64,000 nucleotides of DNA, from NCBI GenBank assembly GCA_033442325.1, contig JAWQFM010000018.1, forward strand, positions 410,353 through 474,352, in the 5' to 3' direction. Shown piece by piece: positions 1 to 19,959 of the stretch (positions are counted from its first letter, which is position 1; the number at the start of each line of letters is the position of its first letter). The notes below the pieces were generated by a model that worked only from the letters and a program-made list of their open reading frames with translations, had not been told where the DNA came from and did no database searches. Source of the stretch: Salpingoeca rosetta. Lineage: Eukaryota > Protista > Choanoflagellata. Both the position numbers and the translations under genes were made by a program.

Positions 1-99
1 GTGTGTGTGTGAGGGTTCTGTTTTTCTGTTTGTGTGTGTGAGTATGTGTGTGTGTGTGTGATATGCTCCACATACGAACTGAGGCTTGGCGATGCAGCT

Positions 100-2248
100 C
101 CAGTGCCCAGCATCCGACTCGACCTGCAAACACCATACACACATGTTCACAGACATGATCACAGACATCACAAACATACACATACATGTTCACAGACATC
201 ACAAACTGTTGATCAGCCATTGTTGGTCAGCTGAGGTGAAAGCAAAAGCGTTTCCCACTTTTCCCCCATATTTTCTTCAAACAAGCAGAGGGCACACACA
301 CACACACACATACACACATACACACAGCCGCACCCCTTCCTCCACCCCATGTTCACGACTTGACACGGGTGCTCGCCTCATCTGCGCATGCATGTACGTG
401 TGCATAGTTCGCAGTGGTGAGAAGATATGGGACTCCGGAAAACAAAAAAGAACAATAACAGCACACACACACACACACAACACACACATACACACGCGCA
501 TGGGCGTCTTGATGTACATCAGGGCACAATCAGCGTTCGTGGGGCCACCGCCACACCTTGGCCATCATCGCACTCCTTCCGATTGCAGCGTCGCGCATGA
601 CCCCAGCCCATTCGCACTGCACACACATACACACACGCACATGTTCACGTCTTGGTGTGAGCACGCCAGGTGGTGTGGCGCACTCTGAGTTTGAAACGCT
701 CCTGTGTGGCTGTTGCTCACGCTCCGAAGCATCAGCGGCAACCACACACGCACATACACACACACAAGCTGCATGCCGCTGCACGCGCTGTGATCACTCA
801 CAGTGGCTGCCGAGGGGGTGTTGGCGCGGAAAGTCAGCCGCGCTGCGCTGTTGTTGTTCTTCTGCACCACCACCGCCCACGATGTCCGTCACACAAAACA
901 TGGTGTTGTCAGTGACAGCCAGGTGCGAGGCGTTTGCGCATCTGCTTGTCCCTGCTGTGAATCAACCCGCCAAACGACACAGCACACACGCAGTGTGAGT
1001 GTAGGCGACCGAGACAGGCGTGGGATCAAACGCACACACACACACACACACACACACAGGCACAGGCACATATGTTGTGAGAACCCAAATTCACATTGCA
1101 TGCGTGCTTGCACAGAAGTCAAACAAAGCCACGCAGTGCACGCACGTGTTGAATCAGCAGGGAGAGATGTGAGAGGAAGAGGGGAGCAATAAGCGATCAA
1201 AGGGCGGGAACAAGTGCGTCACAAGCTCACAGCAGAGGTGCATGCACCCGCGCTCAATACACGCGCGCGTGCACTGTCACCACACGCGCCCACGTCATGC
1301 ATGAACGCACGAATGCATACGTGGAGCATATGACAGCGCAGCAGCGATGCTCACCCCGCCTTTNNNNNNNNNNNNNNNNNNNNNNNNNNNNNNNNNNNNN
1401 NNNNNNNNNNNNNNNNNNNNNNNNNNNNNNNNNNNNNNNNNNNNNNNNNNNNNNNNNNNNNNNGTGTGTGTGTGTGAGAGAGAGAGAGAGGAGAATCACA
1501 TGTTAACAGCAGCAGCAGCAAGCAGCAGCACAAGCAGCAGCAGCAGCAGCAGCAGCAGTTGAGATGAGAACGAGCAACAAAAGAACAAAGGCGGTTTCCC
1601 GCCAAAACCAACACTGCAGCATTGTGGGAATGCTCACCTGCACACGGTGTGTCTGTGTGTTTGTGTCTTTGTGTTGCAACAGACGATCTCAACGACGCCT
1701 TCGTCGGCGGTAGTGGCGAGTGGCTTGGCAACCCAACAGCCAGTCAGCCAGCAGTCAGCCAGCAGCCAGCCAGCAGTTAGCCAGCAGTCAGTCAACCAGC
1801 AGCCAGTGGGGTGCCCTGCTGGCTTGAGATCAGCAACGTTTCTTTTCTTCCAACCACATCCAACCATCCAACAACCGTTTTGCGCTGCAGTCCTGCCTGG
1901 TTGTTCTTCGACAGCATAAAGTGTGTTATGTTACATTATGTTGAGCTGGCGTTTTGTTTTGTTTTTTTGCTGCCACACACGAGCAAGCAAGCACAAGAAG
2001 AAGACGCAGAGGCGAAGATTCTCCGCCAATTGTCTGCCTTCCACCCCTCCCCCCTCACCGCCAGCACCCACCAACCAGCACCACCAAGCAGCACCACCTT
2101 GCAGTGCCACCACCAACCCAACAGCACCTTGCAGTGCCACCAGCCAGCCAGTACAGTACCCCGTGCCCAAACAACAAAAAGACAAAAGGAAGGACAACAA
2201 GCAAGAAGAAGAACGAGCAATGGATGTGTTTGAGCTGTCGCCGCTGCT
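100..2248 (+). repeat. Inverted segmental duplication, copy A (WAVE upstream region plus first 10 codons)
   Basis: It is the reverse complement of 31091-33403. Identical ORF translations appear on opposite strands (558..998+ vs 32508..32948-; 1647..1919+ vs 31415..31687-). Identity stops after ...gagctgtcgccgctgct at 2248. Confidence 0.93.
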
Positions 2249-4450
2249 CACAGAACAGCAGGCAAAGTACAGCTGCCAGGGCCGGCATGGTCCGGAAGCT
2301 CTCCAGACGCAACAGCGGTTCATGATGGCTGGCCTCGTTCGACAATTGGGCGAGGTTTCCGCCTTTGCCGCAAACATCATGGATGGTACGTTGTGTGGGT
2401 TGCTTGCATTTCGGTGCGCTCATGGCTTGTACGTCGCACCTGCTTTCCTCTTTTGTGATGCAGCCGCTTGCTCTGTTGATACATGCATGCATGCATGCGT
2501 GTTGTCGCTGCTCACCTCTGCATCCTTCCGTGCGTTGTTGACGTTCTGTTTCTATTGCAGATTTGTCCGCTCAGCTGGTTCGCATGAACGATCGTCTTGA
2601 AGATATTTCGGGACGGGAACGAAGTGCACGCGCGCGCATCAACGAGGTGCAGGAGCGCTGCAACAAGTCTCTGGGCGTCTTTGACTGGCAAGAAGGTTGG
2701 TTTTTACATGAGCAGCCAGAAGCGAGGTCGTACTGCTGTTGCGTTTGGCTCGCTCACCTCTTGCGCTTGTTTCCGTGCGCTGTCTGCTCTTGTGCTTGGA
2801 GCCTTCTGGCGCATACTTGCAAGGTTGTCTGCAGATTGAAAACGTGCACGCACACACACACACTCACACACTCACACACTCACACACACTCACACACACA
2901 CTCACACACTCACACACTCACACACACACCCGCGCGCACAGGCAAGCCGTGGGCAGCAACGGTTCGGATGGATGCCATGCTGTTTACCAAAGGCCGCGAG
3001 AACCCGACAGTGAGGGTGGCATACGACAAGGCGCGCCCCACACCGCAGCTGGATGTCTTTGACGAGTTTCGGGACCCGACGAAGCCGCCGTGCCTCAAGC
3101 TGTACTCTGATCTCGACTTCTTCTTCAACCGGTGGCGCTCGCTGCAGGAGAAGCAGCACAAGGAGAATAAGGAACGCCGCAAGAAGCGCCGGCGCAAGAA
3201 GAAGGACACGCGCACGCACACGCAACGCAAGGTGCGCGCGGTCAAGGTGAAGAAGTACAACAAGGACACGGGTGAGCTTATCGTCGAGGATGAGTCCAAG
3301 TACCGCAAACCACAGCAGCAGCAACAGCAGCAGGTGGCTGATGAGGAGGACGACGGTACGGGTGGTCCCCCGCGCAAGCCAACAGCTGCCCCGCCCCCGC
3401 CACCGCCCGGACAGGCACCCGTCAGCAAACCCGCACACGCACCCCCGCCGCCACCAGCAAAGCCAAGCGGTGTGTCTGTGTGTCTTGTGCCTGTGTCTGT
3501 GTGTCTGTGTGTCTTGTGTCTGTGTGTGTGTGTGTCCATCTGTGTGTGCACGTGTGTGCGTGTGTGTGTGCTCCAGCTCGTCCTGTTTGTTTGCGTGTGG
3601 CAATGATTCAATCATTGCACGTCCTTGAGCTCACCCTTCATTATACGTCTTGTTGCGGCCATCAGCTCCACCGCCACCACCGCCAACGGCAGCCCCGCCA
3701 CCACCGCCGCCGGGCGCCAAACCCGCTGCAGGCGATGAGGAGGACGAAGGTGCACATGACCTGCCACCGCCACCGCCCATGCCTGTCACCATGCCGCCAC
3801 CACCACCCCCGCCGTCCCAGACCAACAAACCAGGCCTGACACCTCCCAGCGGCACACCTCCACCGCCGCCACCACAAGACCAGCAACAACAGCAGTCTGG
3901 CCCGCCTGCCATGGCGCCACCGCCACCACCGCCACAATCGGGACCACCGGATGCTGCGCCGCCACCGGGACCCCCGCCCCCACCACCGCCTGTTGCTGCT
4001 GCACAGCCGCACCAGCCCATGCCTGATGCACCCCCACCGCCGCCACCACCAGCGGGCATCACAGACGCAGCACCCGTGCGTTTCTGCATGCATGCTTGTT
4101 TGTTTGTTTGTGTGTGGGGAGGGGAGCTGGCTGTGTTTGCTTTGTATCTGTGACCAAAGTACGTCGAGTATCCGTCACATACGCAAGCACACGCACACAC
4201 ACGCACACGCATGCATGCCAACGACTCACCGGTACATCCGCCCTTGCCTCGTGTGCAGACCGCTGCACCGCCACCGCCACCCCCGCCAATGCCGGCAAGC
4301 GCTCCACTGCCGCCGCCGCCACCACCACTGCCGACGGAGGGTGGTCTTGGCGCTGTGCTGAAGAGCATGGTGTCGTCCTCAGAATCCCAGACGCAGTCCA
4401 CCGCCGCGCAGGGGCAGGACCTCATGGCCCAGATCATCCAGGGGGTGCGT

Positions 4451-4487
<37 letters not shown>

Positions 4488-4490
4488 TGT

Positions 4491-4547
<57 letters not shown>

Positions 4548-4798
4548 CTTGGTTGGTCGCTTGCCGGTTTGTGTTCAATCGCGTGCACACGCGTGTCACA
4601 CTTGCCTTCCCCGCTGACGTGCCCCGCCTCATATCCTGTGCATGTCGCCCTCCGTGTCGCCCCTGCAGAAGAAGCTTCGTCACGTGGACAAGGAGCAGGA
4701 GGAGATGCGCCGGACCTCCACCTCGGCCTCCTCCATGGGAAACACCGTCCAGGCAATCCTCATGCGCCGCATGGCTATGCAGGTCCGGCCGATTTGTG

Positions 4799-4885
<87 letters not shown>

Positions 4886-5091
4886 GCCAATTCCACGACC
4901 CCCTTTCTCACACTTTTTCGCTTGCATGATGAACTTCTGTTCGTCCCTCGCCTAATTGCCTGCGTCTGTTCGCTCACGATTGCACTGCTCATTGGTTGTG
5001 CTTGCGACAGCTGCAAGAGTCGAGCGACGAGGATTCTGATGGCAGCGATTGGGAGAGCGACGACGACGACTACGAAGACTTTGACGACTGA
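2220..5091 (+). CDS. WASF/SCAR: WAVE/SCAR family Arp2/3 activator (multi-exon)
   Basis: WAVE homology domain (LVRQLGEVSAFAANIMD.LSAQL...; AYDKARPTPQLDVFDEFRD...LKLYSDLDFFFNRW), then basic region KKRRRKKK, long poly-Pro, WH2 (DLMAQIIQG-KKLRHV), central motif (VQAILMRRMAMQ) and acidic tail with Trp (SDEDSDGSDWESDDDD). Approximate exons: 2220-2385, 2561-2695, 2942-3469, 3666-4075, 4259-4444, 4668-4782, 5011-5091. Confidence 0.93.
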
Positions 5092-5896
5092 ACCTGCTGG
5101 CGCGGTTGCTGCGCGTTGCCTCCCTCTTCTTCTTTCTTTGGCCTCTGTTTCTGGCGTCTGTCCTTCTGTCCGACTGGCTTCACAACATAAAACACGACGA
5201 ATAGTGAAAGCTGGGGGGGGTGCAGCCGAAAGCACGCAGGTCAGAGATGGTGAGCGGATGAAGTGCCTTGGACACAGCCCAGGTTTAATTGTTTGTGCAC
5301 TCACGTTCCCTTCCTTTCGTCAGCCTACTTTGAGATGTTGCCTTACCTGCTTTCCCGTTTGGTGGCGTGTTGCCTCTGTTCTCAATCGAGGGCCTTCATC
5401 GAGTCCAGCCCCCTAGCCCCGTCGCCTTGTTTTCTGTTTCGTCACACTCTTCTCGTTCTTTGGCCTGCGTTTCCCAAGTTTCCACATTTGTTCCGTTCCA
5501 CGCCCTTCCACGAGTTCTTGCTTCCCTTGCACTCGCAACCTCTTTCGTTCTTTTGTTTCTCCTGCACTGCCCTGCCGTTCGATAGAACAAGCCGTTCCGC
5601 TTGCCTGCCTGCCGTTTGTTGTTCTTCATTTCAAGCACCCTACAACTTTCACTCGTTTGTTTGTTTTCCCCCTGCAAATCTTGTTTGCCGTTCTCCACCA
5701 CGAAGCAGTAGTACAGCCTCCCTCACATGAGCTCTGGACAACTGTTGCCACTTGTCTCATGATTTGAATTTGTCAAGGTTGATGTTGTTGTTGTTCAATT
5801 GACAAGCAAAAGTGGGTCGAACACGAACACAAATGTGCGTCACAACACACGAACACGCACACTTGCTCATACACATGCCATGGCACCACTGGCTTT

Positions 5897-6677
5897 TCAG
5901 CTTGCGTCTTGTTTGAGGGCGTCTGTGGCCAGGCTTGGAAACAGGATCTTGGGCTTCGGCGCGCTTCGAACGAGGCGTGTGGTGGGCCGTGTCGGCGTTG
6001 GTGGGCAACGGGACGCTTGCAGTGAGGACGCGGATCCACGTTTGTTGGCCTTTGGCCTTTCAAAGAGCTGTCGTGCCATGAGGGTGACATCCATCGCTGT
6101 GAGACCCCGAATATGAATCAAAGCGAGAAAGCAGGCAGGCGAGTTCAACACACACACAAACAAACAAACAAACAAACAAACACACCTTGTCGATGTCGTC
6201 TGGATCGGGGAACATGCGTGTGTGTTGGTTGTGATTGCTTGCCGTGCGTGCGGAATTGCCTTTGCCATCGTCATCACCATCACCATCACCATCACCAGCC
6301 CCGAGCAGCTGCAGCAACAAATTCGTCTCGGCGTCTTCCTCTACAGCTGCTTGCTCGTCCTCACTCGCGCCCCTGTAGCCGTCATCAACCGTTGTCACGC
6401 TCTTGCCATTGTTGTTGTCGCTCTTGTTGTAGTTGTTGGTGCACTCCACCTTCTCGTTGTCGTCGTGCTGGTCTTCCTTCTTGTTCTCCTTGACTTGGCG
6501 GGGATACTGGAAGCTGTGGCTGTGCCTATAGCGAGCGACGTCAAACCTCACGGTGGTTCTTGCGTCGCACACGTGAGCGTGCTGACGTGCTGGATGAGGC
6601 GCGCGTACTCTGCTCCAGCACCATTGGCTTGGCGTTCGTCTTCTCCGCGAAGCTCGGGTCACAATGCGGTCGCGCAT
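5897..6677 (-). CDS. Hypothetical low-complexity protein (about 2 exons)
   Basis: ORF 6060..6677 has an acidic/Asn-rich body and a GT donor at ~6185. A plausible phase-0 acceptor near 6067 continues LFERPKANK...DAS*. No recognisable domain. Confidence 0.4.
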
Positions 6678-7022
6678 CGTCGGTTCTGCGTGGTTTGAAC
6701 GAGGGGTGTACAGTGTAACAATTAGGGCTGGTGTGCTCTGTTTTCTTTTGGATCAAGCGACGACTGGAGTATGTACATATGTTCCGACACGTTCGCCACC
6801 AAGCTGCTGAACAAAGGGAAGAAAGGTGGATGGAGGAGCGAAGAGCAGTGGCAGAAGACGACAAGAACGAAGACAAGAAAGAAGCCTACAAGCAAGTAAG
6901 CAAGAGCAAGAAATAAACATGGACACAAGTCGACTCTGGTTCAAACGCTGAGGGGGCAAAACCCAACTGCAATTCCCGCCGAACCAGCGCCGCAGTTTAT
7001 GGTGTCGCAGGCGCATTTTCAC

Positions 7023-7029
7023 GTTGCCA
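7023..7029 (+). promoter_or_regulatory. Candidate RFX/X-box half-site GTTGCCA upstream of LRRC23
   Basis: GTTGCCA lies about 30 nt before the ATG of a motile-cilium gene. RFX control of ciliary genes is established, but a 7-mer can occur by chance. Confidence 0.35.
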
Positions 7030-7060
7030 ACCAGCATCTCCACCAACACAAGCCAGCAAC

Positions 7061-9876
<2,816 letters not shown>

Positions 9877-10047
9877 GAGGCACGCCATCCATCCCTTCGT
9901 CGTCGTCGTCGTCGTCGTGTGTTCCTTGCTTCCTTGCTTCCCATTTTCCTTCTTGCTGCCATCTTTGTGTTAGAGCAAAAGAAGTCAAGTCATTCACAAA
10001 CAACAGCAAGGAACAACAACAGCAAAACGACAACACACAAGCAAGCC

Positions 10048-10914
10048 ATGGCACATGATGAGGAGGAAGGTGATATGGTGAGCCTTGTCGGGGCACGCGA
10101 GGTGACGGAGGACGAGGTGACACACGAGACGCAGCGCATGCGACGCATTGTGTCGTACATGATCCTGGCGTTCCTGTTGGCAATGGTGGTGGTTGGCATT
10201 GTGGCGGGCGTGGTGGACAGCCGCGGGAAGAAGCTGCCGAGCGATCCCACGGCGAGGGCGGAGGCGCTGCTCTCGGCCAACGTGCTCATCGACGGACACA
10301 ACGACCTCCCCTGGCAGATGTACAAGCAGTTCAACAACCACCTGGAGCGCGTGAACCTGAACAAGCACGTGCCCAGCACGCAGACGGACATCCCCCGCTT
10401 GCGGCAGGGCAAGGTCGGGGCGCAGTTCTGGGCCGCGTATGTGGAGTGCAACTCGCAGTACCGCGACGCCGTGCGGGCGACGCTGGACCAGATTGACGTG
10501 ATCAAGCGCATGGTTGCGAGGTACCCGCAGGTGTTCAGCTTTGCCACGTCCACGCACGACATCCGGCAGGCGTTCTCGAGCGGCAAGATTGCGTCGCTCA
10601 TCGGCGTGGAGGGCGGCCACTCCATCGACAGCAGCCTTGCCACGTTGCGCCTCATGTACGAGCTCGGCGTGCGCTACATGACGCTCACCCACTCGTGCCA
10701 CACCCCGTGGGCCGATTCCTGCGGCCCGGGGGATGATCCGCACCACGGACTCACGGACTTTGGCGTCAAGGTTGTCCACGAGATGAACCGCCTCGGCATG
10801 ATGGTGCGTCGCTCATTGTCTTGTATTGTGTTGTGTGTTGTAGCGTGCTCGTGTGTGCGTGTGTGCGTGTATGTGTGTGTGTGTGCTTGTGTGTGTGTGT
10901 GTGTGTGTGTGTGC

Positions 10915-10976
<62 letters not shown>

Positions 10977-11392
10977 GTGTGCGTGTGCGTGCGTGTGCGT
11001 GTGTGTGCTCGTTGGTGACATTCTTTTGCTCATACGCTACTCTTCTCTCCCCCCCCCCAACACACGCCAGGTTGACCTGTCGCACGTGTCTGCAGAGACG
11101 ATGCGTGTGGCGCTGAACGTGACGCGGGCGCCAGTCATCTTCAGCCACTCGTCCGCATATGCACTGTGCAGCAACCCACGCAACGTGCCGGACGACGTGT
11201 TGCGCCTCGTCAAGACCAACGGCGGTGTTGTGATGGTAAACTTCTACAGCCACTTCATCAGCTGCAGCCCGCCCGCTGCCAACATCACGCTTGCCATGGT
11301 CGCGGACCACATCGACCACATTGCCGGCATATGCGGCGTGGAGTGCGTTGGTATCGGCTCCGACTACGACGGCGTCTCCACACTCCCCGCTG
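10048..11392 (+). CDS. DPEP: Membrane dipeptidase, peptidase family M19 (3' partial)
   Basis: Motifs IDGHNDLP, GAQFWAAY, IGVEGGH, YMTLTH, VDLSHVS, FSHS, RNVPDD and GIGSDYDG are all present. N-terminal TM segment IVSYMILAFLLAMVVVGIVAGVV. Intron at 10804-11070. The final exon(s) are not seen and are probably in gap 11599-11698. Confidence 0.92.
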
Positions 11393-11439
11393 GTGTGTGT
11401 TTGAGTTGTGTGTGTGTTTGAGTTGTGTGTGTGTTTGAG

Positions 11440-11595
<156 letters not shown>

Positions 11596-11957
11596 GTGNN
11601 NNNNNNNNNNNNNNNNNNNNNNNNNNNNNNNNNNNNNNNNNNNNNNNNNNNNNNNNNNNNNNNNNNNNNNNNNNNNNNNNNNNNNNNNNNNNNNNNNNAA
11701 AGCAAATCTATAGATCAAAAGCTGGGGGGATGGTATAGGCTACTACTCTTAAATAATAACCGAGATAAAAGTATAAACTAGAGACAGAATTAAATGAAGT
11801 GTCGAAAAAAAACCCATATACCTCAAAAATGTTACCCCCCGACATAATTTTTTCTACTCCCTCCTACACTCCGACGCGCTCTTCATCCAGACGACTTATA
11901 TCGAGAAAGCGCGCCGACGCCAGTCCACCCGGAGCAGTCCTCGAGGTCCCACTCCGA

Positions 11958-12047
<90 letters not shown>

Positions 12048-12431
12048 TCACACACTCTCTCTCTCCCTCTCAGACTCTGTGTACTCTCCGTCCCCCCTCT
12101 CCGACTCTCTGTCTCTCTTGTTCAACCATTCTCTTCCTTCCCTATCCACCATGCTCGTGTTCTGAACTGTTGGCCAGGACCATTACCTCCCCGTTGATGT
12201 GCGACGTAGCACTCTGCCAGCACCTCCAGTCTCCGCCCATTCTTTCATCTCTCTTCCTGTTTGAGGTTTCATTAGACAAGCCCATGATGGCAGGCCACTG
12301 CAAACGCATGCAACGTGAATGTAACAATGTCAACTAGGCCGTGTGTTGAGGTGTAAACAGGGAGAGGGGCAGGTGTTGTCGTGATAAGAGCAATAACCAA
12401 GCAAGGTATGGGCGCGACACAAGCGGTCGCG

Positions 12432-13495
<1,064 letters not shown>

Positions 13496-14120
13496 TGTCG
13501 CAGTTTCGCTCTCGCGCAAATCAAAACACCACGAAAAGGTCCAATTAATTGTGCATGGAACCATGTACCCAATCTTGAAGGTTAAATGCGGAAAAACGCG
13601 ACCCAACGCGACAAAACGCGACAAAACGCCGTCAGGAAAGATCCAGCATTGGTTGGGCCAAAGTCGGTGTGTTTGAAATCCGTTGAAGACGATGACGTTC
13701 GAATGCACACTGAGCGCAACGTGCAAACATGGCATTGGTTGGTGGCACAACAGCAGTGTCTGGGAACGGGATGGCGCACTCACACACACACACACACACA
13801 CGCCGCACACGCGCAAGCAAGCAGCACAGCAAGTGACTTGAGGCAGGCAGCCTACTACGTACACACGCTTCGCAATTCAACACAGCGTTGCAAGACACCG
13901 CGTTTGCCGCGTCATTTGCCATTTACATCCCCAGCACAGACACCGCCGCAGCCAGCACGTCCAGTCGTTGGCTTGGCCATAGCCACAACCACAAAAAAGC
14001 GAGGCCGGTGCTTCTTCACAGGTGAAGGACTGAAGCGTCAACGTCAGCCACGACACCATCCACAACCACCACCACAGCTACAACGACCATCCACAACGAC
14101 AGCCTCGCTTGCCAGGCAAG

Positions 14121-18455
<4,335 letters not shown>

Positions 18456-18886
18456 TCGGTCGCCTTCGGGTTGTGTGTGCATGGACACTTGTTTTGCTGC
18501 ACTGTGTGTGCATGTGTTTGGGAAGACGACAATGTGCTTTTCGCCGCTGATAGGCAGCAGCAGCAGCAGCAGCAGCAGTGTATTTGTATTTGGAGGGCAC
18601 GCGTGTGCTATTGGGTTGGGTGTGTGTGTGTGGGGGGGGGGGGGGGGGTCACTTTTTGCCTTGGTGGATATGTTAATTGATTTGTTGGGGCGAAACCATG
18701 GATGGAAGGAACCGCATTGCGCGGGATGACGTTTGGTGCTTGNNNNNNNNNNNNNNNNNNNNNNNNNNNNNNNNNNNNNNNNNNNNNNNNNNNNNNNNNN
18801 NNNNNNNNNNNNNNNNNNNNNNNNNNNNNNNNNNNNNNNNNNCACACACACACATACATACACACACACACACACACACACGCACA

Positions 18887-18917
<31 letters not shown>

Positions 18918-19122
18918 GTAGGAGCTCACGTTCCGAGAGCGTACTCAGACAACAGCGGGTGAAACCATTAGTGAACACTGAATGCAGCAATGGACAAACG
19001 GAAAGACGGGGGAGCAAAAGAGGGAACAAGCGAAGAAGGAAGAGAACAGAGTAAGGCGATGTGTAACAAGGGCAGGCAGAACGCACTTCACTTCCAATTC
19101 ACACACACGCGCATAGTGACGG

Positions 19123-19335
19123 CTACAGCGTGTCAAGAAATGCGTCAATGCCCTGCGCGGCGTCGGTGATGGCGGGCGCAGAGGAGAGCAGCGCCCGTAA
19201 CGACAGAAGGCGCGATGCGGCGTTGTGGCGGTGGTGTAATGCACGCGGCTGGTGGTGGACGATGGTTGGTGTTGGGAAGGGGGACCCGTGTTAGAGGAGG
19301 CGGCTGTGGACGCCGCCGAGCCAGGCGCGATGTGC

Positions 19336-19385
<50 letters not shown>

Positions 19386-19897
19386 CCCCCCCCCACACAG
19401 ACAGACACAGACACAGACACAGACACAGACAGACAGACAGACAGACACACACACACACACACACATTGCATCTTACCTTTGCGTCTTTGTTGCGTAACGC
19501 ATGTGCGTGTACGCGTTCGCACTTTGTCAAGTATTCGTGCGCGTCCTCTGCCACCTGCAGCGGTCAAGATGCGAGGGTGTAGCGATGAGCGCGAGATGGG
19601 TCGCTGAGGGTACCGTGCTGGTCAATGTCACTGCAGGCCATGCACTACACGCACGCATACACGCATGTACAGACAGACACGTACACAAACACAAACACAG
19701 TCCACGTTGTGCTTGACCTTTCTGAGCCGGGTTGTATGTTCGTGCTTGGTGCGCATATGCTCAACATCAACTGCAAGCTGTGCGCTCTCAGACTGGGATT
19801 CAAGCAGCATCTGCACGCATGGGGAGAGGGCGAGAAATGGTGTTGACGATGACGATTGTGATCACCCACAAAGGGCGACTGCCAACAACAGCGCGAC

Positions 19898-19959
<62 letters not shown>

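Noticed and set aside
11699-11960. AT-rich, compositionally foreign segment (similar ones at 18662-18742, 30242-30426, 37850-38033), considered as possible HGT or mobile DNA
   Set aside because: All abut N gaps and follow long microsatellites, which is typical of low-quality read ends. They have no coding or terminal-repeat features.
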